Source: Chiloscyllium plagiosum
Lineage: Eukaryota
NCBI RefSeq assembly: GCF_004010195.1
Contig: NC_057755.1
Span: 4,746,155-4,810,154, forward strand
DNA length: 64,000 bases
Reading direction: 5' to 3'
The notes under the pieces are model-generated. The model did no database searches and was not told where the DNA came from. It worked only from the letters and a program-made list of their open reading frames with translations. Positions 1 through 12,800 of this stretch are shown in pieces. Positions within the stretch are counted from its first letter, which is position 1. Every line of letters starts with the position of its first letter. A program made the translations under genes and the position numbers.

Positions 1-439
1 TGTGTGCGTGTGTGTGTCTGTGTCTGTGTCTGTGTGTGTGTGTGTCTGTGTGTGTGTCTGTGTGTGTGTCTGTGTCTGTGTGTGTGTGTGTCTGTGTGTG
101 TGTCTGTGTGTGTGTCTGTGTCTGTGTGTGTGTGTGTCTGTGTGTGTGTCTGTGTGTGTGTCTGTGTCTGTGTGTGTGTGTGTCTGTGTGTGTGTCTGTG
201 TGTGTGTCTGTGTCTGTGTGTGTGTGTGTCTGTGTGTGTGTCTGTGTGTGTGTCTGTGTCTGTGTGTGTGTGTGTCTGTGTGTGTGTCTGTGTGTGTGTC
301 TGTGTCTGTGTGTGTGTGTGTCTGTGTGTGTGTCTGTGTGTGTGTCTGTGTCTGTGTGTGTGTGTGTCTGTGTGTGTGTCTGTGTGTGTGTCTGTGTCTG
401 TGTGTGTGTGTGTCTGTGTGTGTGTGTCTGTGTGTGTCT

Positions 440-470
<31 letters not shown>
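1..470. repeat. (TG)n/TC-interrupted microsatellite with 46-bp higher-order periodicity
   Basis: TG dinucleotide run with C interruptions at spacings 16,12,12,6 repeated from about 30 to 414. Confidence 0.97.
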
Positions 471-859
471 CTGGTGGCGCTGTCAGTTTGGATGGTGTTG
501 TGTGTAGTTGCCCTACCGCTCTCTCCCACTGGTGTTATTCAGACTTCACCACCCTATGTCCAGTGGTGTTGGGAGTACTTCACATGTTGAAATTGTATCA
601 CTTTCAACACAAGGAAATTTGTTTGAATTATTCTGAAGCTGTGTCCATTGACAGGAAGTTTCTGATTGGTGTGTTGTTGCTTTCTCTTTTCATCCATTTT
701 AAGTCAATTCTGGTTATTAACCCATTTTTTTGTGCGTTATGTTGTGAGTTGTTGATTTTATCGTCTAGCTATGGCATGGGTTCTCACTCCCTTCGCAGGT
801 AGGTATCAATATTTGCAAGAGGTTTCTCTGCGTTCTGAATATATTCGACCTTGACCACA

Positions 860-1910
860 AACAGCACTCCCACAAATCCAACCCAAACTCTGGATCAGAT
901 ACGGGGATGACACTTCTGTCATCATGAAGAGAACAGAAATCGAGAACACACACACCAAATAATCAATACCGTACTCACAGGGATCAGAATTACAGGAGAG
1001 AAGGATACCAACAATCGACTCCCATTCCTGGATGTGATGGTGGTAGAACACAGAATGCTGAATGCAGCACAAAAGTAGACAGGAAAGCAATGCATACCCG
1101 ACCATGATCTGAATTACAACAGCAACCATCCAAACACATACAACAGAGCTCTATCAGGACTCTGTTATGGATTACAACACATTGCAGCACTCCTGACCTA
1201 CGAAGGTAAGAGGAAGAACACTTCTACAGAGTCTTTGTCAAAAACGAATATCCCCGCAACTTCATCCACAGATGCCTAACACACAAATGTGACGAGGACA
1301 TGTCATGACCTAACTCACTTTCCATACTACCTTACAGAAGAAAAAAAAGTCTTGGAACGAACAGTGGGCAGACATCTCTACCCACCGGGATTCATAACAG
1401 CCTATAAACCGACAGCCAGGTTTAGACAACAACTCACCATAACAAAAGACGCTGTCCCCGTCAAGTGCAAGTCAAACGTAATTTATAGGAGTCCATGCAA
1501 AGATTGCACGCTAAACCAGAAAGGAGAAACAGGTAGTAAGATCGCAATCCACATCCACCAACACCAACCAGCCACTAAACGCCACGACCAGCTGTCACTA
1601 GTAGCCATACACACAGATGACAAGGACCAAACATTCGACTGGAAAAACACAACGATCATAGGGCAATCTAGACAGAGGAGAGCCAGAGAATTTCTGGAAG
1701 CCTGGCACTCACCCACGGACTTACATCAACAAACACATTGAGCTTGACCAATATACCGGACACTACAACCAACGAACAGAGACAGCACCTGGAAGCAGCA
1801 GAAACAGAATCAAATACATCCCAGAAGATACAATACAGCAGCATTCACAGGAGGCTTCAAGGCATTGAAGATGTCACCGAGACCGGGGATGAAACATCTG
1901 CACATCAACT
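860..1910 (+). mobile_element. Penelope-like element (RT C-terminal half + GIY-YIG endonuclease + terminal repeat), decayed
   Basis: PKLWIRYGDDT (YxDD-like) at ~880-912; LPFLDV at ~1018; ORF 1289-1741 has SNVIYRSPCKDC..KGETG (GIY-YIG) and REFLEAWHS; tail resembles the 41705-42193 element. Confidence 0.88.
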
Positions 1911-1939
1911 TCTGAACACTTCAACTCCCCCTCCAACTC

Positions 1940-2390
1940 CTCCCAGGACATACAGGTCCTGGGCCTCCTCTATTGCCTCTTCCTTATCACCCGACACCTG
2001 GGGGAGGAACGCCTCATCTTCCACCTCTTGACCCTCCAAACTTATGCAATCAATATGGATTTCACAAGTTTCCTCATTTCCCCTCCCCGACATTATCCCC
2101 GTTCCAACCTTCCATTTCAGCACCACATTCATGACCAATCCCACCTGACAATCTTCTGTTCCACCTACCTTCTACCCCCCTCCCCTCCGACCTATCACCA
2201 TTAACCCCACCCCATCTTCTTATGGCTCTGTCAGCCACCATCGCGCAGCCCGACCCCATGTGATTTATTTCTCCACCCCCTCAGCTCACAGCCTCATTAT
2301 TGATGAAGGGCTTTTCCCCGAAACGTTGCGTTTCTTGCTCCTCAGATGCTGCCTGACGTGCTGTGCTTTTCCAGCGCCATACTCTCGACA
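1940..2390 (+). mobile_element. PLE 3' end (GIY-YIG C-terminus plus terminal repeat with degenerate hammerhead)
   Basis: EERLIFHL..TLQ..INMDFTSF C-terminal motif at ~2005-2070; ttgatgaagggcttttccccgaaacgtt at 2300-2327 followed by the gatgctgcctgac tail. Confidence 0.75.
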
Positions 2391-3044
2391 GAAATAACAA
2401 CAGTAATAATTACAAAATGATAGCAACGGTGTTGCCTTTGCTCGCACACGTTATGTGAAACTTGTTGCTGGTCCTGAACAGATTGTGAACATGATATCTT
2501 CAACTTCAATTTAGGAACCAAACAGTCTACCTGAACTCCACTTATATGCCCAGTTGATGAGATAGATTAGAGGCAAAAGAAAAATAGCAGAACCGTTTAG
2601 CAAAGTTTACCATAACTCTGTGAAAATTCCAAGGATGATGAAATAGTAGGCAAACACAACACAATGATCAAGGAAACTGGTGATAATGGCATAGCTGGAA
2701 ATGTCGCTGCTGAGCAACTCAGCAGTATCATGATAGATGACAAAGAGGTGCCTCAAAGGCTCATGGTGCTCCAGGTAGAGAAATCTGGATTGCTGAGAGA
2801 GGTAAAGGATTCAATTTGGGAGGCCATTTACGGAAATTTTCCGGGTCTCACTGAACACAGGATTAATCCAGTGGTACCGGAGGATTGTCAGAGTGACACC
2901 ACCGTTTAAGAGGCGGACAAAGGACAACTCAGGAAACTACTGAACTCTCAGCTTGATATCAAAGCTGGAGAAACTGCTGCAGAACATAATGCAGGATAAG
3001 CTAATAAGACTTGTAGAGAAAAATAGGTTGGTACAAGGCAGTCA

Positions 3045-3290
3045 ATGGAGCGGCATGTTGGCACAGTGTTTTGCAGTGCTGTTTCCCAGTGACAAGGATC
3101 CAGGTCCGTTTCCAGCCTCGGGCGACTGTCTGCGTGAAGTTTGCACGTTATCCCCGTGTCTGCGTCGGCGTGTTCTGCGTCCTCCCACAGTCCAAATAGG
3201 GGCAGAGTCAGGGTGGATTAACCATGCTAAATTGCTCATAGTGTTCATGGATATGTAAGTTAGGTGCATTAATCAGGTTAAATCTCTGAT
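3045..3290 (+). mobile_element. HE1-like tRNA-derived SINE, diverged
   Basis: tRNA-like head (ggcacagtg..gacaaggatccaggtccgtttcc) and core gtttgcacgttatccccgtgtctgcgt shared with other copies. Confidence 0.75.
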
Positions 3291-3435
3291 GCAGTTTTGG
3301 AGAAGAAACACAGAGAGACAATACAGGCTGAATGGTACTAACTTCAGGGGAGTACAGGAGCAAAGGAATATCTGGAGTCAAGTGCATAATTCCCTGGGGG
3401 GTGGGGGAGGCACGTTTTAGCAGTTGTTAAGAAGG

Positions 3436-3752
3436 GGTGGCAGGGTGGCTCAGTGGTTACCACTGCTGCCTCGCAGCACCAGGGACCCAGGTTGAATTCC
3501 AGCCTCATGCAATTTTCTGTGTGGAGTTTGCATTTTCTCCCCGGGTCTGAATGGGTTTCCCCGTGGTCCTGCGATTTCCTTCCACAATCCAAAGATGCGT
3601 AGATCATGTGAATTGGACAATGCAAAATTCCGCATAGTGTGAGGTGCATTAGTTAGAGGGAAATGGGTCTGGGTGAATTGCTCTTTCGAGGGTCGGTGTA
3701 GACTTGTTGTGCTGAAGGCCCTGTTAGCAGACTTGAAGGAATCTAATCTAAT
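3436..3752 (+). mobile_element. HE1-like SINE
   Basis: A box ggtggctcagtggtt, B box ggttgaattcc, core gtggagtttgcattttctcccc, (atcta)n tail. Confidence 0.85.
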
Positions 3753-3759
3753 CCAAGGC

Positions 3760-4220
3760 TTATAGGATCCTTGCGTTTATGAACAGAGGAAGAGAGTTAA
3801 AAAAAATATAAGCCAGTGATGCTACACCTTTACAAACCATTGGTCAGACAACAATTGGGGTATTGTGTTCAGTTATGGGCACCGCTGTTAAGAAAGGATG
3901 TTAAAACGCTGAAGAAAGTTCAAAGGAAATTTGTTAGAATGATGCCAGGAATGAGTGGCTTTCCTTAAAAGATGAGAGAAGCTGAGCGCATCCACGTTGG
4001 AGCAGCGACGATTAAGAGAAGACATTATTGTAAGTGTTCAAATCTACGAACAGCTTTGACTGTGTCAAGATGGATATTCCGTCTCCAGTGGCTGGCATGT
4101 CAAAAACACAGGGTCACAATTTGAAGATTGTCAACAAGGCAGTGAGATCAGGAGAAGCTTCTTTGCTCAGAGAATTGTTCGGATTTCGAATGCACTGACT
4201 AGGCGAGTGGTGGAAACAGA
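3760..4220 (+). mobile_element. Old CR1-like LINE 3' fragment
   Basis: LYKPLVRQQLGYCVQLWAP..KDVKTLKKVQRKFVRMMPGM motif. Confidence 0.75.
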
Positions 4221-4224
4221 TTTA

Positions 4225-5476
4225 GACTCATAGAGTCATAGAGATGCACAGCACGGAACAGACCATTCGGTCCAACCCGTCCATGCCGAACAGATATCCC
4301 AACAGAATCTAGTCCCACTGCCAGCACCCGGCCCATATCCCTCCAAACCCTTCCTATTCATATACCCATCCAATTGCGTCTTAAATGTTGCACTTCCCCT
4401 CTGACAGCTCATTCCATACACGTACAGCACTTTGTGTGAAAACGTTGCTTCTTGGGTCTCTTTTACAGCTTTCCCCTCTCACCCTAAACCTATGCCCTCT
4501 AGTTTTGGACTCCCCCGCCCCAGGAAAAAAGACTTTGTTTATTTATCCAACCCGTGCCCCTCATATTTTTGTAAACAATGATAAAGTCACTCCTCAGTCT
4601 TCGACACTCCAGGGAAAACAGCCCCAGCCTGTTCAGCCACTCCCTATAGCTCAAATCCTCCAACCCTGGCAACATCCTTGTAAATCTTTTCTGAACCCTT
4701 TCAAGTTTCACAACATCTTTCCGATAGGAAGGAGACCAGAATTGCACACAATATTCCAATAGTGGCCTAACCAATGTCCTGTACAGCTGCAAACGTTTCC
4801 AATTTTGGTGTCATCTGCAAACTTACTAACTGTACCTCTTATGCTCGCATCCAAATCATTTATGTAAATGACAAAAAGTAGAGGGCCCAGCACCGATCCT
4901 TGTGGCACTCCACTGGTCACAGGCCTCCAGTCTGAAAAACAACCCTCCACCACCCTCTGTCTTCTACCTTTGAGCCAGTTCTGCAGCCAAATGGCTAGTT
5001 CTCCCTGTATTCCATGAGATCTAACCTTGCTAACCAGTCTCCCATGGGGAACCTTGTCGAACGCCTTACTGAAGTCCATATAGATCACATCTACCGCTCG
5101 GCCCTCATCAATTATTTTTGTTACTTCTTCAAAAAACTCAATCAAGTTTGTGAGACACGATTTCCCACGCACAAAGTATGTTGACTATCCTGAATCAGTC
5201 CTTGCCTTTCCAAATACATGTACATCCTGTCCCTCAGGATTCCCTCCAACAACTTGCCCACCACCGAGGTCAGGCTCACCAGTCTATAGTTCCCTAGCTT
5301 GTCCTGAGCACCTTTTTTAAACAGTGGCACCACCTTAGCCAACCTGCAGTCTTCTGACACCTCTCCTCTGACTACTGATTGTGAAAATATATCAGCAAGA
5401 GGCCCAGCCATCACTTGGCTAGCTTCCCACAGAGTTCTAGGGTATACCTGATCAGATCCTGGGGATTTATCCACCT
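4225..5476 (-). mobile_element. CR1/HER1-like LINE, 5'-truncated, internally deleted
   Basis: ORFs 5142-5474, 4708-5172 ([23 protein letters not shown]) and 4499-4792 ([16 protein letters not shown]); (ctatgact)n tail. Confidence 0.95.
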
Positions 5477-6499
5477 TATGTGGGTTTATATTTCATGTGA
5501 GGTTTCTTAAGAGAGCAGGGTGTATACTTGAAAGTGATCAATTTAGAAGGTCACCGAGACAGGGTGGGAGAGTGGAACTACTGGGCAGTTCTTTCTAGAC
5601 TTTGTTCAGTCACGATGGGATCAATGGCCTCTACCTGTACTGTAAAGTTCTGTGACATTCTTACAATTTCTGAGGCCTTATTGAGGAATCTTTTCAAATT
5701 CGGCAGAAGTGATCAGCTGTGGCAGTGAGAAACGCAATATTGATGAGTGGACCCCATAACCATTGACATGTTACCCACTTCTTTCACAGAGTTAGATCAT
5801 CAGGGACGCGAACGAACAGGGAATTACTCATAAATCCGTTCGTAGGTGAACGGTTCATGGAGACGAACATGCAAGGTCTGAAAAATATGATCGACAGAAA
5901 CTCTGTTGTGGGTTTTACAGAGACCCTGTTGGGTTCAGTATCATTCCTTTTCCAATCACTAATCCGGACAATTAGATTAACTGACCTCGCGACATCCATG
6001 CAGAGATGTACGTGACTATGGGAAAAATGGGCTCAGAACAGGGGTTCTGGCTTTCAGTCCATGACTGTTGATTACCAGTTGGCGAGCTATACGTTCAGTT
6101 TCCTAATCTATTGAGTCACTGACCCGACTGAAAGAACGGTTTTTGAAAAAGCTCAGACAGAATGCACAAAAACTGTTGCTCCTGTCCCAGCAGGATATAT
6201 TGCAGCAATCAGTCAGTTAGGCTGTTTATTCTCAAACATCACTTCTGTCCCACTCTGACTCGACACTACATTCCCCATCAATACCATCCACATTTGATGT
6301 AAATGTGGACACCAATGCTGATGGGGAATCTTTGTTGAGGGTTTATGGTAAATGCAACACTTGTGCATGAGAATCACTCAGACTCACTGCTAGTCTGTCC
6401 TCTGGTACCTTTTGTTTTGGCATTTTCTTTAAAGTTGCTACTGGATACGTCTGGACAAGGTTGGGTTGATGGTCAATCTCTTTTCTTCGAGGTCGTGCC

Positions 6500-7404
6500 A
6501 TCACAAGTAACTGTAAACGTATATTTTGCCTAATAATTAACAGAATAATTGCTGTGAGTAGATATTTCAGAGTCCCTATACAAATGGTCTCTGAACTTGG
6601 ATTGAGTTGCCATGTACATGTGTTTGTGCAGCAATTGAGGTTGTGCAGCTGAAACCCAACGTGTTCGAAGATATCAGATGAATGATCACGAAAGTATTCT
6701 GCAATCAAAGAAATATAAGACATATACAAGCCACAAAAGTATGAAGCTTCTGGAAATAGTGAAGAGCAAAATCACATAATTTCCTTCTGCTCTGCATTTC
6801 TGGGTTACTGGGATTCTTGCCCTTGTTGACACTCCTCAGTCCTTTACGAACTCGACTTATTAATAAAATATGTCTGACTGTCAGTGCGTTGAACAATGCC
6901 ATTAACAGAAATGGGGGCATTGAGGTTAAAATTGTATCCAATCGAGAAAACGCCATCCACCCGGGCTCAGTATAATTACTGGGCTTTTCAGAACAGAATC
7001 ATGGTACATTGTCAATTTATTCTGCAGGTTCATATACAAAGTAGAAAGGAATATTTTTCACGAGTAGTAGAATGTCATTGCTAGAACCAAAGATGCAGTT
7101 TTCTCAGTACAATATTTAATTTTCATTTCCCGGCAGCAGATGAATACAAATTGATTCAAGCAGAAAGTGATAGTGAACCAGACAGAACAATCTGTGGCTG
7201 CACAACTGAGGACACTGAGAATGCTACAGACAGGGGTGATGTCCAAGAAACATAATGGGAAATAATGAATATTAATTTGACTCAGTATCACCTCGATAAT
7301 AAAGAGGAGTAGATTCGCCACTGCCATAGCGACGAGATAACATGTGATGCAGTTGCTCAGTCCACACTTTAGCCGATACAAGATTATAATCGCTATGAGA
7401 TTGG
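6500..7404 (-). pseudogene. GPR139-like GPCR pseudogene, exon 2 with several frameshifts
   Basis: Acceptor cttgcag then ANLIAIIILYRLKCGLSNCITCYLVAMAVANLL..PVC..DCSVWFTITF..ICC; FNALTVRHIL..NPEMQSRRK (6705-6956); VGFQLHNLNCCTNT (6343-6729) lie in different frames. Confidence 0.9.
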
Positions 7405-8309
7405 CTGCAAGATTGGGAGATAAAATAAATGAAATTAGTCACACAGGGAATTTCTGTTCATGAACCTACATTGTCTGTGTTGAATTTAGCATCTATAACT
7501 ATAGACTGAATACCATCAGATATTTAGAAATTTTAGTCACAGTTTGAAATCTTCTCAATATGATCTACTTGGATTATGAATTGAATTGGGATAGGGAGGG
7601 AGCAGCAGCGTCTCACCGTGGGAGGGGCCATACAGAAAGACATTGTGATGAGGTCGACTTATTCAAGTAATTATGATATTAAAAGCATTCAATCACCATT
7701 GCCTTCCCAGATCATGAAGCTATTTCTTGTTAGACAAAGATACAGTAGACCCCACTTACCCACGTTCCATGACCTACCGTGGAAGCCAAAAACCGCAGAA
7801 AGGTGCAAATCCATTCATTTAACTGAGAAAATTTCCTTCCCAGCAGCCCCCGGTCCCTCGTTCTGGAAGGTTACCTATAATATGTATAGGCCGCAGCAAA
7901 CAGCGGGAACCTGAAAGCACAGAAAACAAGTCTGTGGATATGGAGGTCGCTCTGTACTGGTGGTGATTTAACTTGAGGGCCATCACACATCAGGAAAGTA
8001 GACAGATTGAGAAGGTGAGTCCTTCATGTTAATCTCAGCTAGTGATGGGAATTGAACACACACTGTCGGCATTAACACTGCTTCACAAACTATCTTTTCA
8101 GCCAACGAAACTAAACCTTCACCCTACAATGGTGTTCGGTTCTACCTAGTTTCAAGGATTCACATTGACCTCTGGGGACTCAAGACACACAGCAAGTGGC
8201 AGCTAAAGGGAAACAAAATCAGGATTTTTAAACAAATCTCTTGTGTGACATGAGGAGATGGATTGGTGACGATTCTCAGCCACTTTCTGATTACCACGAA
8301 GTAAATACA

Positions 8310-8885
8310 GTCATCGAGTCATAGAGATGTACAGCATGGAAACAAACCCTTCGATCCAACTCGTCCATGCCGCCCCAATCTAGTACTACATGCCGGCACC
8401 CGGCCGGTATTCCACCAAATCCTTCCTATTCATATACCCATCCTAATGCCTTTCATATGTTGCAATCGTACTAGACTCAACCACTTCCTCTGGCAGTTCA
8501 TTCCAGGCACGTACCACCATCTGCGTGAAAAAGCTGTCCCTTAGGTCTCTTTTATATCTTTCCCCTCTCATCCAAAAACCATGCCCTCTAATTCTGGACA
8601 CGCCCCAACCCATATTCACCCTGTCCATGCACCTCATGATTTTATAGACCTGTATAATGTCACCCCTCAGCCTCCACTTATTCAGCCTATCCCCATAGCT
8701 CAAATCGCTCAACCCTGGCAACATTCTTGTGTATTTCTTTCTGAACCTTTATACATTTCACAACATCCTTCCGATAGGAAGGAGACCAGAACTGCAACAA
8801 TATTCCAAAATCGTCCTAACCAATGTCCTGTACAGGCGCTATACGACCTTTCAACCCCTGTACTCAATATTCTGACTAATAAACA
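8310..8885 (-). mobile_element. CR1/HER1-like LINE 3' fragment
   Basis: ORF 8443-8724 (LRGDIIQVYKIM..FFTQ..WNELPEEVV); (ctatgact) tail. Confidence 0.9.
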
Positions 8886-9429
8886 TTATCCAAGTGTTGG
8901 ACATTGCTTTCCTTTCAATCAGCTGCTTCTGGAACAGTCCACCCTTATTCTGTGACCCTCCTCAGCGACCTCCTCAACAGAGTATTAGTCAAAACTAGCA
9001 ACCAACATGTCTTCCTGAAGGAAAAGCTTTCACGTTGAAAATATTAGTTACAAGAAACTTTCGATCAACAGAGGGTGAAGAGCTTGAGTTTCAGAATTTC
9101 CTGCCAATCCCTGCACAAAGAATCAGAAGTCAAAGTGTCAAATATCGCTGTGCAAATTATTCAGCCATAGTGATACATCAGATAACATTTGTGGGCAGAG
9201 AGACCATCTGAAATCTAGCAATTACAGTACGAACTGATTCGGTTACTTAGCGGAAGGCAGGGTTGATTTTTTGACAAACGTTATCAGGAGTATGAAAAAT
9301 CGAATAAATAGAGATACTGCAGTTGGGATGAAATGATGGAGAAATTCTTAGAGCAGAGAGATTGGGAGGAGGGGCCCTTAGATGATTGGTCCTCATGGGA
9401 AATTCTCCAGTGTGCGATAAGACATTTGT

Positions 9430-9860
9430 ACACTGGCGTGTGGACCATAGGAATATAGGAACAGGCGTAAGCCACTCAGTCCCTCAAGTTTCTTTGATCA
9501 TTCCTAACTCCATATATCTGCCTTTCGCCCATATACCTTCAATACTTTGCTTCACAAATAGATGTTCATCGCAGATTTAAAATTAAGAACTTCCATTTGT
9601 TGAAGAGAATTCCAAACTTCTAAGACCCATTGTGTATAGATTTGCGTCTCAATATCCCTCCTTAATGGTCTGGCCTCAATTCAAACACTATAACCTTATC
9701 CTGATCCGTAACCAGTGAGAGTAGTTTATCTTTATCTACCCTGTCTTTTTCCGTTAATATCTTGAAGACTTTGATAGATCATGTCTTCGCCTCTGGAGGA
9801 AACGGTTAAATTTTTATAGTCTCTCCTCGTAACTGAACCTATTCAGCCGACATATTCGAC
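9430..9860 (-). mobile_element. Old CR1-like LINE 3' fragment
   Basis: RLNRFSYEERL and VFKIL motifs; 3' UTR cataggaatatagg type. Confidence 0.6.
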
Positions 9861-10109
9861 ACAACAGAAGCAAAAGATGTTGCCCATTGACAATATAAGA
9901 TTCTGAGCTGATGAAGGACATGGGAATTCGATAGTGAGCAGTGAATGAAGGAATTAGAGCAAATAAGTGTAAAATGGTGAGTGGACGAGTGGAAGGCAAT
10001 CAGTGGTGACTGACCCAGAATGGTGTTTTGCTGTCTGTTAGGAGACAATGGGATATAGGAAGAGAAAGGAAATGCGCTGAAGGGAGAATATAGGAAATTT
10101 GGCAGCAGC

Positions 10110-10600
10110 TTGAAAAGTAAGCCCTCAAAGGTAGCAATAACTTGATTACTCCGTGTTGCCACAAGCACATGAGAGTGCGATCACAAAGTTCGAGGAGGTG
10201 AATGCGAGACTGAGGCTCTGGAGTTGCAATGGAGAAAGATTCATATTTCTGCATCGTTGGAATCTCTTCTGAGGTAAACGTCACCCGTACAAGAAGGATG
10301 GATTGCACCTCAATTGGAACAGAACCAATATCCTGGTGAGGACATTTACTCGAGCTGCTCAGGAGGATTTTCAACGTAGAAATTGCCTGGAAGGGTGTGA
10401 CCAATGAGATAGTGAGAGAAGTGCTAAGTCTAAGGCTGGTACCGTTTAGTAAGGGGAGCACGTCATATAGTGAAGGCAGGAAGCAAAGAACAGACGACAA
10501 GGTAAAACTGATAAATCAAAGGTCTTTTAGTGCAATGTGAGAGGCCCGACAGATAAGGCAGATGAACTCGTGGCATGGCTGGAGACGTGTCACTGGGGCA
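10110..10600 (+). mobile_element. CR1 ORF1 (esterase C-terminus)/ORF2 start fragment
   Basis: LYKKDGLHLN-type segment (ccgtacaagaaggatggattgcacctcaattgg) and KADELVAW-like ORF2 start, similar to 39844-40443. Confidence 0.7.
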
Positions 10601-10614
10601 TCTAAGGTATTACA

Positions 10615-11541
10615 GAAACATAGAGACATGGCGATGTACAGCATGGAAACAGACCCTTCGGTCCAACCCGTACATGTTGACCCAGATATCCAAACCCAGT
10701 CTAGTCCCACCTGCCAGCACCCGGCCCACCCATATCCCTCCAAACCCTTCCTATTCATATACCCATCCAAATGCGTCTTAAATGTTGCAATTCCACCACA
10801 TCCTCTGGCAGCTCATTCCATACACGTACCACTCTCTGTGTAAAAAAGTGGCCACTTAGGTCTCTTTTATATCTTTCCCCTCTCGCACTAAACCTATGCC
10901 CTCTAGTTCTCGACTCTCTGATCCCAAGGAAAAATCTTTGCCTATTTATCCTATCCATGCCCCTCATAATTTTATAAACTTCTGTAAGGTCACCCCTCAG
11001 CCTCTGACACTCCAGAGAAAACAGCCCCAGCCTGTTCAGCCTCTCCCTATAGCTCAAATCCTCCAACCTTGGCAACATCCTTGTTAATCTTTTCTGAACC
11101 CTTTCAAGTTTCACAACATCGTTCCGATAGGCAGGAGACCAGAATTGCACGCAATATTCCAACTGTGGCCTAACCAATGTTCTGTACAGCCGCAACACAA
11201 GATCCTGTTGTAATCTGAGGTAGCCCTCTTCGCTGTCCACTACACCAACAATTTTGGTGTCATCTGCAAACTTACTAACTTTACCTCTTATTCTCGCATC
11301 CAAATCATTTATGTAAATGACAAAACGGAAAGGACCCAGCACCGATCCTTGTGGTACTCCACTGGTCACAGGCCTCCAGTCTGAAAAACAACCCTCCACC
11401 CACCACCCTCTGTCTTCTACCTTTGAGCCAGTTCTGTATCCAAATGGCTAGTTCTCCCTCTATTCCGTGAGATCTATCCTTGCTAATCAGTCTCCCATGG
11501 GGAACCTTGTCGAACGCCTTACTGAAGTCCATATAGATCAC
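10615..11541 (-). mobile_element. CR1/HER1-like LINE, 5'-truncated, internally deleted
   Basis: ORFs 11305-11541 and 10755-11399 with RT motifs; highly similar to 4225-5476. Confidence 0.95.
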
Positions 11542-12059
11542 AGGATTGGCAGGGATGTCTGATTATTTATAAAGCAGTGCTTACTAATGTTCACAGTGCA
11601 GTTGGATTTTCAAGGTGGGGTATTCACTACTGCTACTGACTCATATTCAGTGTGATTTTACCATGATTACATCGACATTGTGTTACACATTTCTTCGGAT
11701 CGCCCCAGTCAGTCTCGAACACTGAATGCAATGATATCCCTCCAATGAGTGGTCATTGGGTTAAGTGATCAAGTTAGTGAATTAACTTTGCAAAATTGCA
11801 CAGTGACAGCGGATCTGTGTAGTACTCTCAGTGTTCTGGTCCACGCGCAGTATATTTTTATATTGCATTCTTTTCCTACTTCCTCTGAGCAGTTCTTTCC
11901 ACTCAAATCAGAGTCAATAGTGCGCAGTGCTGGTAGGCATCAAAGATTGGGAGAGTTGGCCAAGTGCGTGAGACACCCGGCTGGTGTTCAGTAAAGAAAT
12001 TGTGACAAATAACTGAGGTAATAGCAAAGCGTCATTCATTCAGGATACAGCAAGGAAAT

Positions 12060-12305
12060 TAGATGCTGGAAATCTCAAACAAAAAGGAAGAACAGAAACT
12101 GTAGAAGAAACTGAGCACGTCTGGCAGTGTCTGTGGACGAAGTGTTAACGTTTCGAGCCCACTGACCCTCGTTCAGAACCCAAAGAAAGATATCACAGAA
12201 GAGTCCCTGGACTCAAAACGTGAACTCTGTTTTCTCTCTCTCTCTCTCTCTCTCTCCACGGATGCTGTCAGATCAGCCGCTTTTCTTCACAATTTCTGTT
12301 TTCAC
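12060..12305. mobile_element. Head-to-head pair of PLE-type terminal repeats (second family) with degenerate hammerhead cores
   Basis: Minus copy ctgaacgagggtcagtgggctcgaaacgtta (rc of ~12145-12177) faces plus copy gaagagtccctggactcaaaacgtgaactctg..gatgctgtcaga. Confidence 0.65.
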
Positions 12306-12633
12306 TACTTATTTAGCAGGCCTGTCTGAGCAAGGTGTTCAGCTAGACTCTGTTGACTCAAAGGCTGATTTCTGATGCAGAAGAACACTAAACATGTGGG
12401 TTAAACTACCTCAAATCATCTCCTTCTTAAGAGAATCAATAGCCCTGTTTGCTGAGACCATGGTGACTACCACTTAACAACCTAAAAGAATAATGCTTTA
12501 GTATGAAAATCCCTCAGCAAAAGCAGTAAGCAAATAAATCTGAAAGAACTGCAAACGCTGTAAATCAGCAAGTTCAACATGGACAGCTGGAACAGCTCAG
12601 CGGTTCTGGCAGCATCTGTGTAGAGCCAGCAGT

Positions 12634-12800
12634 GTGTTATGGACCAGGCCGGACCCCGCTAAAACATCTCAAGGAAGTAGTCCAGACCCAAATTTTACCA
12701 GTTGTTTTAAGCAGGTGCAACATGTGTATTCCAGGAGTGACGCAGCTGGTCAAACCACTTAGTTTTAAACGAAACAGAATTTATTCACAGAACATGCAGC
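12634..12800 (-). mobile_element. Gmr1-like LTR U5 fragment
   Basis: Reverse complement ends ..ggcctggtccataaca like LTR ends at 24798, 45891 and 63736. Confidence 0.6.

Noticed and set aside
2..802. Long Cys/Val-rich ORFs
   Set aside because: Translations of the (TG)n microsatellite
3436..3505. tRNA-like A/B box sequences (also in other SINE heads)
   Set aside because: They continue into the SINE core and tail, so they are not tRNA genes
7755..7915. Minus-strand acceptor/donor pair (tttcag..GG|gtaagt) as exon 1 of the minus GPCR
   Set aside because: All three frames have stops and there is no resemblance to the YYPILAAVG-type exon 1
9015..9046. ctgaagga..gaaa hammerhead-like string
   Set aside because: Weak stem II, no ACGTC, no associated terminal-repeat tail
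11640..11720. Possible decayed exon 1 of the minus GPCR (rc gagactgactgggg..atg..gtaaaat)
   Set aside because: Only a short match to the exon 1 leader and no recognisable peptide
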